A stretch of DNA of 63,391 bases, filler included, from Octopus bimaculoides (taxonomy: Eukaryota): NCBI RefSeq assembly GCF_001194135.2. It is 5 parts of 5 records of this genome, joined end to end, with 100 filler letters (N's around TTAATTAATTAA, not from the genome) between each part and the next. Parts side by side here need not be neighbours in the genome. Positions count along the whole stretch, not along the records: positions 20,883 to 46,184 come from NC_068986.1; positions 46,285 to 50,678 come from NC_069007.1; positions 50,779 to 62,253 come from NC_068996.1; 2 more parts are not named here. One strand, given 5' to 3'. The position numbers and the translations under genes are program-made. The stretch's first letter is position 1, and every line of letters begins with the position of its first letter. Of the stretch, positions 35,973-50,816 are shown piece by piece. The notes under the pieces were generated by a model. It saw only the letters and a list, made by a program, of their open reading frames with translations, searched no databases and had not been told where the DNA came from.

Positions 35973-38900
35973 AAGGAATCCTAGTTATAATGCCATATTC
36001 TTTTCTTGAATGATTTGTTACTTCGTGGTAGTTTTGAATTATGTATACATGTATACAGATGTGCGCGCTCACACGCGCGTGTTTGCGTGTGTGTGATTAT
36101 GTCTAAGTGTGTGTATGTAAATATGTGTGCGTGGTGGTGGTGTGTGTGTGTGCGCGTGTAAGGATACTTGAATACGCTTCTGGGTTCCTGTATAGGAGGA
36201 AGCCACACTTATTGCGGTTAAGAAAAAAAAGCAGTTACATGACAATCACGCTCTTTGTGAGAACGAAGATATAATCTAGAAGATTTATGAATAAATACAT
36301 TTATGCAACATTTATCTTGGTAAGTATCTACACATATGGAAAACATATGCAAGATTACAAAAGATATTGTGATATCATAAATATTTCAAAATGAATCTAA
36401 ACATCTCTCAAGACTTATGAAATGTACCATATAAAACAAGACCATCTCTTATGCGATTAAAACTAAAGTCAAATTATAGGAAAAGACACAAGGAGTTAAT
36501 GCATGTATGGAAAGGTAAAATATAGGAACACGTTTTCTGTAAGAGACACTAAAATTAGTAGAAAACTCGAGAAATTGTTTAGGTAATATGCAGCATAGTT
36601 AGAGTACGAGTTGTTGCAGCAAAATCAGTTTTAAACAATTGACAACAAAAAGTTACGAAAAATCTTTGTTTAAAAACATCTCAGAAACTTGAAGGCGCCA
36701 AGGGGAATGTTCTTTACAAGAGCTTTACTTCACAAAACTGATACATTACTTCAAAGTTTCCCAAGAAATAATGATCAGTATTTTAGAATATGTTAAAATA
36801 TTTATGGATTGAATCAGTGCTTAACTCTTGTTCTCGCAACTGCGATATCTACAGATATATTTTTCATTTTGTATTCTCTCTGCTGCTTTTATTCTTTTGT
36901 ATTCATCATATATCAATTTGTTCTTAAGTCTTATCTATTAATCTTCTTGTAGGTCTTTGTATAAAGTCATCCGTTCTGTTTCTTTGTTCTGATAATCTGG
37001 TATTTCTTTTTCATTCATCCTAAACTCTTTGATATTTTCCTTTTGTTCTTGTCTCTCTGTAGAATTATTAGTATTTTACTTTATATAATGACTGCAGGCA
37101 TTTTTGTTTGTTTTACAATTTCAGTTTGGACTTTACTTTCTATTTTCTAGCATGCACATACACTGATTCTCTTTCTTTTTACCATCTCGCTTTTACAACT
37201 TGCCTCTCTCTCTTTGTATCTTGTTGATCACATAACCACTCTGGAAATAGAAATGTACTATTTCAGTACATGGTGATATTGTCCACTTAATTTTAACTAT
37301 CAATTTTTATGTGAAGGAACGTTAAAGATACAATTTCAACGATATTGTAAGGTAACATATCTGCTTTTGAAGTAAAGCACATAGAATATTACCGTCTGAA
37401 TGTCCTCAACAGTTTGAAGATATATTTTAAGACAATGACTTTTTTTCAACTGATATTCCTTTTTCCCATGTTACCTTTAGAGACTCGTTTGAATTTAACT
37501 ATTCATACATTCTAAACGTGCTGTAGATTACATTAAAAATGTATCGAGATTCCTCATCATCTTAGTCTCTCTAACCGACAGCATGTTAATACAGTTTACC
37601 TTCCCTTATATGCATTGATCGTTTTTCTTTTTCTACATATTAGATGCAGTTTTCAGACAATTACTATTGTGTTGCCTTATCTCGTGAACTTGAGATGCTG
37701 CAGGAATTTGGTTTGATTTCAAAATATTCGTGATATCACATCATTTGGAAGCTCAATTATGATATGATTTAAATGTTTCTTATTGCAACGGCATGCAATC
37801 TATCCTGACAAAAGTGAAAAAAGTGTGAAAAAACAAAGTTTCTCAGATCGTTATTATTTGGTAACCCTTGCATTTAAACTAAAGTTAAATTCGGTACTTT
37901 GAGGAGCGTGTATTCGTTTTTGGTTTGGAATCTCCTAAGTATTCTGTTATTCCGGTGACTTCTAAAATTCAATACTTCCTCCCTTTCACATTTTCATTTT
38001 ATCAGAAAACAAAGATACTTCAAATGATCCAACAAGAATAAGTGCAATTTTGTATGCTCAGATAACAAATAGAATAACATAGCCATTCATCTCTACAATA
38101 TTTTCAAATAAATGTTAGATTCATGGAATGTCTGCTTACAAAAATTACCCAACATTGTGATTACAGAACAATAAGATCCCTCAGATGATTTCATACCATG
38201 ATTTGGCATGACACACCATCTTATGTAGAACCTACTTCCAAAAGCAGTATGACCAAGTATATTAATTTGATAATCAGCAAAGTTTGAAACAATATGGATT
38301 ACAATACAACAAACGCCTTCCGATAAACTATAACTAACAACCAGAATAATGAAATTCGGTCCTCAATAAACATTGCATCAAAGTTATTCGAAGCATATCG
38401 CCTTTTATAACAAAAACCGTCTATGCATTTCGCCACCCTCTCCTTCATATATGAGCAACGCTAATGGCTTTATTTCGTTTCTGATTTATTCATGTGTCCT
38501 GATAAAGAGGTCCTAAAGCCGAAGTATCGAAAGGAGGCTATTGTTCTCTCTTACTTTTGTATTTCATTTCGCTGTTTCGAGCTTAGCCAGACGTAATCTA
38601 ATGCTATGAAACATTTTTATCAGTTGGTAGATACCGACACTGATCAGCAAATAATTTGCTTTTTGAAGTTACAAACTAAGCTAGTATTTGTTTACCTTCA
38701 AATGTCCAGGTAATTCTGGCTGACGAAGCACATGTGAAAACACAGCTGTCTCAAAATCGCTTACGTCAATGTGTCGAATGTGGTAAAAGGGAAAGTTATT
38801 TTTCCCGAGATAAGCTCAACAATGCCTAACATATTTCCGTTCGAATTAGTCGGAAGGTAACATGAACAGATATGGAAACCGTAATTGTCAAATACATTTA

Positions 38901-39261
38901 TAAGGTATGAGGCCGATAACACTAGCGAGTACAATAAAAAAAACCTGACATCATTAATCGTTGTGAAGCTATATAATTAAAGCAAATTATCACTGCGGTT
39001 AGTTACTTAGAAAGAACGTTGAAGTAGGGCGAATATAAGATTCAATTTAAGGTTAAGTAACAAAATTACGTATTATTCGTCTTCTTCCACTTGCAGTATT
39101 TTGCCCGTCGCTACGTTCTGAGTCCAAATACTGCTAAGGTCGATTTTGGCTTTCATCCTTTCGAGGCCGATAAATTAAGTACCAGTTGCGTACTAGGGTA
39201 GATCCACTCGACTGCCTCCTCCCCCAAAATTTCAGTACTTCTGCCTATATACATTATTTAT

Positions 39262-39441
39262 ATTATTTACTTTTGACGGATATTTGTCCTCATCTTGTGT
39301 GTTGTTAACACACCGTTTTGGTTTATATACACCCCGGCATTCATCAGGTGTCTTGGGGAAATTGTGAACCTGGGTTCTCATTCCTAAGGTATTGTTCGAT
39401 GTTATTATTATNNNNNNNNNNAGAACAGGAGTGGAGAGAGC

Positions 39442-39476
<35 letters not shown>

Positions 39477-39734
39477 AGGCACTGCTTGGAGTCGAACTCG
39501 ATATCTTGGGTTTAGTAGCCCGCAATCTTAACTACAATGACATATGCCCGAAAAATACCTTAGGGATGAGAACCTAGGTGCGAAATAGCCCCAAGACACC
39601 CGAAGAAGGCATGGAGGGTATATCAGCCGAATCGTTGTGTTAGCAACAAACAAGATGAGGACAAATATACATCAAATGTAAATAATGTAAATAATGTACA
39701 TAATTCCTCATTCCTCTTATCTTAAATATAGAAC
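39262..39734 (-). mobile_element. Older copy of the tRNA-head/hammerhead element with inverted tail
   Basis: Same parts as 55228-55612: minus head 39549-39478, (AAT)n, decayed HHR 39352-39307; plus inverted tail 39551-39734 with decayed HHR 39595-39641. Confidence 0.8.
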
Positions 39735-41959
39735 TGTATCTTCTGCCTATAGTTGAAAGGATTATTCTTCCTCTTTATCTTCAACATCAATAGCCTGGTT
39801 AGCATCAGAAATGCTTCGAATGAGAAGCATGATGCAAATAATCAATCCCTAACTAAACAACTTATAACTGTAATGAAGGCTTAATAAAGATACTCAAGCT
39901 ACGAACCAGTACTTGTAATAGCAAATTCATTCACACCATGAGCACAAAGCAAAACAGAAAGAAGAACGCATAGAATGCTCTTATACCAAACCCTTTAAAT
40001 ATAATAGCATCATATTGTGAAATATAATATAACTTATGTAACTAAATATGTAACCAATATCTTAATGTAAAATGCAAATATTATTACACATGTCAAATGT
40101 ACAACGTTATGAATCACGTTTGGGTGAATAAACAGGATGAATGGAAATCAATATATAAGCACGCGTGTATATACAAATATATATAGAAAGTGTTGATAAC
40201 ACCCACTTTAATGTGCCTGTCTTCTAAGAAATGATGATATGCTCTTTGAACACAGGAGGTCATATAACTATCTATCTATCTACCTACTTACCTACCTACC
40301 TACCTAACTACCTACCTACCTACCTACCTACCTATCTATCTATCTATATATCTATCTATCTATCTTTATATATAAGATATATATATNNNNNNNNNNNNNN
40401 NNNNNNNNNNNNNNNNNNNNNNNNNNNNNNNNNNNNNNNNNNNNNNNNNNNNNNNNNNNNNNNNNNNNNNNNNNNNNTATATATATATATATATATTTAT
40501 ACATACACACACATAAACACATACACACATGCACACACATATACTTTGGTCGGCCTGAGGCTATAGTAGAAGGCACTTGCCGAAAGTGCCACACAGTGTG
40601 ACTGAACCCGGAACCATGTGTACCTTTTGTAGATGTGCTGTACTTCTAGATATTTCCCATGGTGGGAAAACATACCTCAAAAGAAATGACAAGTAAAATT
40701 CTGGTACCCGAATGCTCTTCAAATAGAGCAGAAACACATTGTCTATAAATATTCATCCAGATATCGATATAAAAAGGCATTTTCCTACAAACCTAAGAGT
40801 CATAATGAAGTTTAAGCAGATTCGAAGTTTTCTAATTGACTGATATCACATCATTAGCTCAGAAAGAGACGCCGGTCTGTTGAAGCGTTCTAGGCCCGCA
40901 ATTTTGGGGTGGAGAGAGCAAATCAGTTATGTGGACAGCTGTACATGACTATTACCTTATATTGATGAACATGAATGCATGAAATGCAATAGTGACCTTA
41001 GCGTGTCTTGAACTGATAATTTAAATTCACGTAAGAAATGCTGCAATGCATTTTGTCCGATATGATAATGATTCTATAAGCTCGCAAACTAAATATATGT
41101 TGTACATAGCCTAATGACGTTTCTGAAAACCATTTCAATTCCTCGAAATATAACAACAACAATGGTGAATATGAGGAGAAATAAAACAATTTCGCATATT
41201 AATATAATGCATATAACCAACACAGCTAAAGCAAAAGTTGAAAGATGACAAAGATCTATGTTAAATTTACGTAAATTTCATATTCTGGCTCTGAGTTTAG
41301 AATATGTAGGATATCAAACGTCTAAGAATATAGTTTCTAAAATATTTAAAGTTATAGTCTTCATTAGTTTGCATCTTCGAGCAGCAATGCACTTCACAGA
41401 AATGACACAAATATTATTCGTGAGAAATGCTTTGTTTTACGCAAAAACTGCAGGAGCTCATTCTGAGATATTACAATTTTTCTTCTTCTGGTGATGACAA
41501 AATCTATCTCCTGTGGGAAATAATATTATCAGTAGGAATCTCAGGACCACAATTATGGTCTTGTTGGTATAGAAAATGGATAAAAAAAGATCAATTGAAG
41601 GTACTCACACACGCACACACACACGCTCACACACACACGCACACACACACTCGCACACACACATGCACACGCACTCGCACACACGCATACACACACACGC
41701 ATACACGCGCACGTATTTATGTATATATATATATATATATATANNNNNNNNNNNNNNNNNNNNNNNNNNNNNNNNNNNNNNNNNNNNNNNNNNNNNNNNN
41801 NNNNNNNNNNNNNNNNNNNNNNNNNNNNNNNNNNNNNNNNNNNNNNNNNNNNNNNNNNNNNNNNNNNNNNNNNNNNNNNNNNNNNNNNNNNNNNNNNNNN
41901 NNNNNNNNNNNNNNNNNNNNNNNNNNNNNNNNNNNNNNNNNNNNNNNNNNNNNNNNNNN

Positions 41960-42024
<65 letters not shown>

Positions 42025-42299
42025 TAGGTAGATAGATACATATACTTTTTATATTTTCAACCGATATATATGTACGCATGTATGCATGTGTATGTATGTA
42101 TGTATGTATGTATGTATGTATGTATGTATGTATGTATACAAACCAAGATGCAGAAACGACCGACTCTGAATAAATATAATGGTAACGTAATCCAAGGTTA
42201 GCTTAAGAAAATCCATGAATCAGGTAATCCAAATAATTCAGTTGGACCTGGACGTTTCGCGTGTGTGTGCAGTAAATAGACAATTCAAATAAAAAGAAT

Positions 42300-42515
42300 T
42301 AACAAATACAGGTACAACAGAAACATGTAGAACGTGTGAGAGAATGTAATGGTGAAAGAGTACAGCAGGTTCGCCACCACCCTTTGCCAGAGCCTCATGG
42401 AGCTTTAGGTGTTTTCGCTCAATAAACACTCACAACGCCCAGTCTGGGAATTGAAACCGCGATCCTACCGCTGCAATTCCGCTGACATAACCACTGGACC
42501 ATTGCGCCTCCACTT
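42300..42515 (-). mobile_element. Third tRNA-derived SINE family, 5' part
   Basis: Minus head GTGGAGGCGCAATGGTCCAGTGG...GGTTTCAATTCCCAG; shares AAATACAGGTACAACAGAAAC with 10135-10344. Confidence 0.55.
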
Positions 42516-43805
42516 GTGTAAATATAGTACATTTATTAAGGCGCAGGTTAACAGAAATGAGTAAGCAAGTAAATTTAATCTCGGACTCGATAAAAAGTGA
42601 AATGGCTTTACCTATTCGATATGTCTTGCCAATTAGTGTACCAGAGAAGGAACGTGATGTAATTCCTGCTCTACTACTGTATTACACTAATGTGATGTAA
42701 TTCTTGTTATACCCCTTAGAGAAATTTTGGCAAGTCTTCAAATGCTACAAAATTGTCAATATTCCCACAGCAGAGACCTTTGGTAATGTTGGAACATATA
42801 AATGTAAACGAATTCTTGGTTAGAATTCTTGCAGCAAGAAACCTGAAAAGTCCAAATACGTATGTTTGTTGTGTGTAGTCTGATATGTATTAATCCTGTG
42901 CCGGCAGCAAAATCAAACGAAAATCTGAGGGAACGAAACAAATAAAAGAAATTACTCCAATATCGACGCAGGTCTGCAGACTTTTGAGGAGTGATTTAGA
43001 CGAAATCGTACCGCATACTGTTTTAGTGTCTTTTTGTTCTATCCGGGAGTGATTAATAGTAAATATGATTGATATATGATTAGAACACCAAACATAAAGA
43101 ACTGAAAACAAGGATCTGAAAACTATATTATCCGGTGCTCTAGAGATTCGGCTAGTATTAATAATTATTAATGATATTCATTGTTGTTATTGCTACGTTT
43201 ATATCTTACAGAATATTTTATTGTTGCGATAATTATTAATCGTTTTACTAATATCAATCTTGTAATTCGATCCAACAATTGTATAACATATCACGTTTAG
43301 TTATTTAATAAATCGTGGTGAATTTATTCAATAGAAGCTTTGACATCATATAAATCAGGCGTGCTTCATATTCTCCGTTTATATGATTTGATGGGAACGA
43401 TTAACCTTCTTCTCCTTTTTCTTCAATTGGCAATACACACAATATACAATTTCAGTACGCCAGCCTCACAAAAGACAATCACATAGATGGACAGAATGAA
43501 TCGTTGCAGCGTTTTCGCGGTGTTAATTATGATAAGAACAACGTGCAAACACGACATCGAATAATCGAAATTATTTTGACGAAGCAATTCATTCGGGATA
43601 TAATATAGACTACAGGTGATCATCGAAAACGACTGATATTATTTAGGACAATTTCTGCTGCCCTAAGTTTTCTTCACAATTTACACAAATTGCACAAAAT
43701 GACATAAACCAGCAAACTCTAAATGGGAGTAAGGCTTTATTTACGTTTTACTTTTTATGGATGCATATTTGCAAAAGTAGTTACTTAAACTTGCGTTACA
43801 TATTC

Positions 43806-44185
43806 GTTTATTTGTTTCAGTCATTTGACAGCGGCTATGCTGGAGTACAGCATTTTTAGTCAAACAAATGGACCCCAGGACTATTTCTTTGTAAGTCAAT
43901 TACTTATCGAATCAGAATCCTTTGCCGTACCGCTAGGTTACGGGGACGTAAATACACCAACATCAGTTGTCAAGCGGTGGTTGGGGGACAAACACAGACA
44001 CACGCACACACACGCATATATATATATATATATATATATATACGACAGGGTTTTTTTCAGTGTCCGTGCACCAAATCCATTCACAAAGCTTTGGTCGCCC
44101 CGAGGCTATAGTACAAGACATTTGCGCAAGGTGCAGCGCAGTGGGATTGAACCCGGATACATGTGGTTAGTAAACAAGCTATAAA
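43806..44185 (-). mobile_element. SINE family A
   Basis: Near full-length reverse-complement homology. Confidence 0.75.
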
Positions 44186-44269
44186 GATGCTGATGACATG
44201 CTTTAGAAGCTAACATAAATTGTTAAACATAACTCCAAACAAGCCAGTAATACATCTTTACAAATTTAA

Positions 44270-44465
44270 CGACAAGGACCGAAATTTTGGTGGGAGGGGC
44301 CCAGTTGATTAGAGTGACACCAGTAACCAAATGGTACTTCGTTTATCGACCGCGAAAGAGTGAAAGGCAAAGTCGACCTCGGTGGAATTTTAACTCAGAA
44401 CATAAAGAGAGACAAAATATCGCTAAGTATTTCACTCGGCGTGTTAACGGTACTGCCAGCGCAAG
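44270..44465 (-). mobile_element. SINE family B
   Basis: Reverse-complement homology. Confidence 0.7.
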
Positions 44466-44604
44466 ACCTTGACTGAGTCAAATTTGGGAAGTGTTTAATG
44501 AAAACGATAAAGTATAGCGATTATCGAATGTGCGTTTCACAGAAACTATTTCATTTCCCACGAATTTTTTGATAGCCTAAAAGGAATTATTACACATATG
44601 TTGA

Positions 44605-45079
44605 GTATACAGCTGCGTATTCAGATATTGACCGTCGGACGCTTACGCAAATTGTTGCAAATAATCACAAAAGTACAGCTTCCTAAATGCTGCAGAGCTT
44701 AATGGCCACCTCGAGAACCCAGTTTCCACAAAAAGTGTTCGCTGGGAGCTGCACAAAACCGGGTTTCACGGAGAGGGAAACGCAGTCTTTCAGAATGATA
44801 ATGCACCATTTCACACAGCTAACGTCGTTACTGACTGAGACGAGAAGCATACTAGTAAAGTTGAACATCTTATTATGGCCACCGATATCATACAACCTTT
44901 ATGGTGCATTTTAGAAAAGCAAGTAAGGATTCGATATCTTCCCCCAAAATCACTACAAGAACTGGAGACAGTTTTAGCTGAAGAATGGACAAAAATTCAT
45001 TTCGAAACAATTCAATTTTTGTACGGGTCCATACCTAGTAGAATTCAAGGTGTAATTACTGCCAAAGACGGTCCTTCCC
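44605..45079 (+). mobile_element. Tc1-like transposase remnant (internal deletion)
   Basis: AAELNGHLENPVSTKSVRWELHKTGFHG fused to FQNDNAPFHTA and LWCILEKQVR..PPKSLQELETVLAEEWTKI..LYGSIPSRIQGVITAKDGP, matching the Tc1 DDE C-terminus; runs into N gap. Confidence 0.85.
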
Positions 45080-45406
45080 NNNNNNNNNNNNNNNNNNNNN
45101 NNNNNNNNNNNNNNNNNNNNNNNNNNNNNNNNNNNNNNNNNNNNNNNNNNNNNNNNNNNNNNNNNNNNNNNNNNNNNNNNNNNNNNNNNNNNNNNNNNNN
45201 NNNNNNNNNNNNNNNNNNNNNNNNNNNNNNNNNNNNNNNNNNNNNNNNNNNNNNNNNNNNNNNNNNNNNNNNNNNNNNNNNNNNNNNNNNNNNNNNNNNN
45301 NNNNNNNNNNNNNNNNNNNNNNNNNNNNNNNNNNNNNNNNNNNNNNNNNNNNNNNNNNNNNNNNCATACATATATATATATATATATATGTGTGTGTATG
45401 TGTGTG

Positions 45407-45478
<72 letters not shown>

Positions 45479-46151
45479 CACACACATACAAACACTCATG
45501 AAAGCACACACATTTGCATATATTCACCTATATAGACATACTAGCACACACGCATAAACTTGCTCAATTAGCTTACATATTTAGCAATAATACAGTTCGG
45601 CTCATTTGAAAATTTCATTGTAGTATGGAAAGAATTACTGAACACGACGACAACGCTGTAATTTACGAGGAGGGACAATTGTTTTACTCTTTTAATCTAT
45701 CACGTGATAGCTTTGTTCCATCTATTCCTTTATTACGACTATTTATGACTATAGCCATTTTGTAATATGATCACTCACTTCTGCACACATGTATGTCTCA
45801 TACATACATACATAGCATCATACATACATATATACATACATACAATACACATACGCACATATATATTCATATATATACATGTATATTTAGGTATATATGT
45901 ATACACATATTTATGCAACGTCTTATACGTTTGTGCGCGTCCTGTTTCTTAGTGTACGAGGTTTGTGACACACGAAGAGTTCCATACATACACTAACCTT
46001 ATGTTTGTGAGGTTACAGACAAAAGTATATTGAATAACTGTTCATGACGAGCGATACTGACCCATATGACATTGTCTTCTCAACTAATTACTTTGCATAT
46101 TTTATAATGTTATCAACCAATTTTCTGCTAACCGTGGGCTAAGTGCATATG

Positions 46152-46184
<33 letters not shown>

Positions 46185-46288
46185 NNNNNNNNNNNNNNNN
46201 NNNNNNNNNNNNNNNNNNNNNNNNNNNNTTAATTAATTAANNNNNNNNNNNNNNNNNNNNNNNNNNNNNNNNNNNNNNNNNNNNTATC

Positions 46289-46321
<33 letters not shown>

Positions 46322-46352
46322 ATATATATGTATATATATAAATCTATCTATC

Positions 46353-46385
<33 letters not shown>

Positions 46386-46408
46386 ATATATATGTGTGTG
46401 TGTACCTG

Positions 46409-46441
<33 letters not shown>

Positions 46442-47418
46442 TCATATATATACACACACACACATATATATAGGAACGTATACATATAACATAAAACTTT
46501 TAACAGGTTTTGAAAATTATTTTTAATATTTGCAAAAATCGTCCCTATTTTCTCTTCCTCTTCTCTCCCTCCCTTCCCGCCTCCCCTTCTCTCTCTCTCG
46601 GAATCTATCTCTGTCTCTTCCTCTTTCTCCCTTTTCAATTTCTTCTTTTTCATTTTCTCTTTCACTTTCTTTCCCTATCTCATTCTTTCTTTCTTTCCTT
46701 TTTTTCCTGATTACATTTCTAGCTATTAACGTTTCTTGTTTTCCTTTGTGTTTATAACAGTGTTTTTGCATTTTTTTTTCTTTTTTCTTTTTGGCGTGTC
46801 TTTCAATTCGAAAGGCCTCACAGGACATAAACGATTCATTCACTGTGACAGAGAAATTTAGGCAAATCGTTTCTACTGCAAAAATTATAGCCAAATATAA
46901 TGGTTATTGTGAAAAATTATCTCCTAATCGACCAATCAATTCTTTTTAACAGCCGGCAATATATCCATGAAAGGAATCGTTGAAGAAACAATAAATGAAA
47001 TAAAAAAATTAAAAAATAACAAATAATAATAATAAAAATAATAATAATAATGATAATAATAATAATAAAAAGAAGGAATAAAGATCCAATTATAAAAACC
47101 TTTTGCAATTAAAGATAGCCATAATGTAGGGATTGAATGCGGAAACAATGTTGTATTGTAATAGGCGCCTTGGGAAATACACACACAGAAACAGACGCAC
47201 ACACAGACGCACACACACATACACACACACACAGACACACACGCAACTGCAGATGCACTCATAATCAAAGATTCAACGCTTGCACGTACAGATTAATATA
47301 TAGAAGCTGGCTCTACTAGACATTTCACTCACACACGCATATACACACTCACACAAACACACACACACGCACTCACACACGCACACATACACACACACAT
47401 TGTCGAAATTTCAACACT

Positions 47419-47459
<41 letters not shown>

Positions 47460-47799
47460 CATAGAGAAAATAACTACCAGCGTCTGCGCTCACGCATACA
47501 TTAACTCACACACACATACGCACATATATATATATATACATACACACACATACACACAGACCCACAGATGAAGAGTTAGATGCTTGTATATATACATACG
47601 GCATAAAGGTAACTCTAACGACTGAGCTCACACACTCACACACACATGTACTCACATACGCATGTACACACTCTCATACACATACATACAGACACACACA
47701 CACACACACACATTGACTGTATACATACAACCGCAACTACAGATGTATTATAATGAAGAACTCAACGCTTGCAAAAAGAAGATAACTCTACTAAGCAGT

Positions 47800-47838
<39 letters not shown>

Positions 47839-48084
47839 CACTGTCGCACACTCACACACATGAATTCGCACGCAAATGCACACACACACACATGCAGTTA
47901 TGGTCGTACACGTACACATACATTATCTGGATTCTTTCAATGCGTTAGAAAGTAAAAAAAGACATCCCTCCCAACAAAAAAAAAAAACCCAGTAACAATG
48001 CAACAATGTATATTCCCAAGGCGCACAGAACTGCGCTCGTTTGTGCAGTGAATGAACGCACATTGTAACAATAAGACTACAATG

Positions 48085-48115
<31 letters not shown>

Positions 48116-48466
48116 TAATAATGATAATGATGATGATGATGATAATAATAATAATAATAATAATGATAAATAAATTCATTTTATTTGCCACAAGGACCCG
48201 TGCGTTCATCTGCAAAAAATATGTGACAAAGAGCTGATAAGGTTTGTGGACGGACACACACAAACTAAATGCATACTTACACACACACACACACACACAC
48301 AAACACAAATACATGTACATACATATATTTATATATGTAAACGTGGAGTGTGAAAGCAATACGCCATATTAAGACAGCAAAAATCGTTAAAATAACAGTA
48401 CTGAATGCTGGCAGATAAAAACGACTGCATAAAAACAGCACACACGTGTATCTGTGTCTCAGTACA

Positions 48467-48519
<53 letters not shown>

Positions 48520-50039
48520 CAATTTACCATACACGGTCGAGAAGCTGCTGTTCTCTATTCTTGGCTTTGCCAAGTGGTGGTTCAGAAAGTACATTCGTGA
48601 TAAATTTCACCCACCTCATCACATTACGTTGACTTAAGCTGTACACAGATTGCTGTTATGATTTTTTACTAACAACATCCTGTTATTTAAGGGTTCTACA
48701 TAATCAGGTTTATCTATCGTTCAATCGTCATATCTTCCTATTTTTATAAGGTCCTTTAGCCAACAAATCTACCAGGCCTTCTTTGGCGTTTCAAAGCTGA
48801 GTGAGACTCAGATATTTTTACGGTGAGACTTGTTTCTTTTCTTCGGTTTTCACTTCTGGGAAAATCTTATATCTTTTGGTTTTGTTCTTCCTTGTGTTCT
48901 CATTGCCGTCTTCTGGTCCTCTGGACGAGTATATTTCTTTCATTAACCTCGGACCGTCTTCTAGCCCTCTGGACAAGTCTATTTCATTGACCTCGGATTC
49001 TGCTCATGAAACAGCGTTTTCATACGTCTTTTCTTATGACTGGTCTGCAGTTGTACGATGGCTTCTTTTGTCTTCGACCCATTCATTTCTTTTGAATGAA
49101 AAATGAATTCTCAAATGGTTATTGTTCTCACGAGTGTGACAACTATGTCTCCCGTCCTACTCAATCACTTTTACTGCTTTCCTTCCCGGTACCACAATGG
49201 AGTACAGTTCCTAGATAGCGTTGTGGTCTTCTACTCTACCGTAAAGTTCACTACGAGCCAAGATTAAACCTTCGAAACAAATTCTTTTTCTGTGTTCCTT
49301 GTGATGAATCTCCCCATATACTACGACACCAGAAATTCAGCAGGTATGTGAGGCACCAGTCCCACCTGACAATTCCCCTCGTTATCAGTTTTTAAACTGG
49401 ACAGACACTTTCATACGCTGTGCATCCATTGATGAAGCTCTCGTCATATGCTTCCCTTAAACTTCTCTTTCGAGTGCATTTGTAAGTAACCCACGTGTTT
49501 TTGAAAACCAGCAGTATAATACTTTTTATGCTGCTCATTCCTGTTGCGACATACCTCTCAAACATGTTTTTCTCCCTCTTTTTCCCCGGGGAGTTGGCTC
49601 TTGTTTAAAGTTTCTCTCTGATTCGCAACACTCGCAAACAATGAGTTACGATCGTGTTTACTTTTGTTTCCGAAGTTTACCTTTTCGGTTCTATTAAAGT
49701 GTGAATATCTGCGCTCACTTTACAAACATGTCTGTCTGTGCAATTATCGCTTTTTTGTTTACTCTTTTTCTTTTTCTAATGTTGTTTTTACTTTCTTTTA
49801 TGGAAGCTTTCTTTTATTCATTCCTTTTTTTCTTTTACGTGTTTCATTAGACTGCAGCCATGCTGGGGCATCACCTTCAAGAGTTTTTAGTCAACCCCAG
49901 TACTCATTTTTTAAAAGCCTGGTACTTATTATATCGATCTCTTTTTGCCAACCCACGAAGTTACAGGGCCGTTAACACACCAGCGACAGTTGTCAAGCGA
50001 TGTTGGGGGACAAACACAGATACAAACTAACCCCAAGAA

Positions 50040-50315
50040 CTGGGTTGTGGACATCCAAATGTTCTACGTTTGCACGGCGTCGGCTTTGTCTTCTGTGGTT
50101 CCGGAAGCTGGTCGTCCTGACGGGGGTTTACCAGTGACCTCGAAATGACCAGTCCGAAACATTGACATCCGGATTTCCTTCAATGCTTCCTTCATCTAGC
50201 TATGGATTTTTGCCGCTTCTGGGCCTTGAAAGAAGAGAAACTTCATAACCGCTCATGCTTCAATTTTACCCAAATCCACTGTAGGAGCTGCCATACATGC
50301 GTTAAATCTGCAAAA
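50040..50315 (-). mobile_element. Mariner transposase 5' fragment
   Basis: Minus translation GKIEA*AVMKFLFFQG..AKIHS*MKE..FRTGHFEVTGKPPSGRPAS resembles the mariner N-terminus. Confidence 0.55.
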
Positions 50316-50501
50316 AAGAGAAAGATATATTGTATGCCATCATGAATTTTTTTCGCTTATCTTCTAAATTGTTGTCCTATCTCCCCTGTAAAGGGCACAA
50401 CTCTGTTCTTTCGCGATATCATTTAAGGATAATACGAAACTTTTCAGTACCCCTCGTAAAGTTCTTTATTCGTAAAATAAGACAAAAAAAAAAACTTCCA
50501 T

Positions 50502-50678
50502 GGCGGCGGCGAGCTGGCAGAATCGTTAGCACGTCGGACCAAATGCTTAGCAATATTTCGTCCGACTTTACGTTCTGAGCTCAAACTGCGCAGAGGTCGG
50601 CTTTACTTTTCATCCTTCCGAGTTCATTAAAATATGTACCAGTCGCCTACTTGGGTCGAGTTACCTCTCTCCCAGAAC
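50502..50678 (+). mobile_element. SINE family B
   Basis: GGCGGCGAGCTGGCAGAATCGTTAGCACG head; runs to N gap. Confidence 0.75.
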
Positions 50679-50778
50679 NNNNNNNNNNNNNNNNNNNNNN
50701 NNNNNNNNNNNNNNNNNNNNNNTTAATTAATTAANNNNNNNNNNNNNNNNNNNNNNNNNNNNNNNNNNNNNNNNNNNN

Positions 50779-50816
<38 letters not shown>

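Noticed and set aside
33270-38450. K/E-rich, stop-riddled stretches that may be very old LINE or PLE ORFs
   Set aside because: No diagnostic motif recovered by eye; cannot support a call without BLASTx/HMM.
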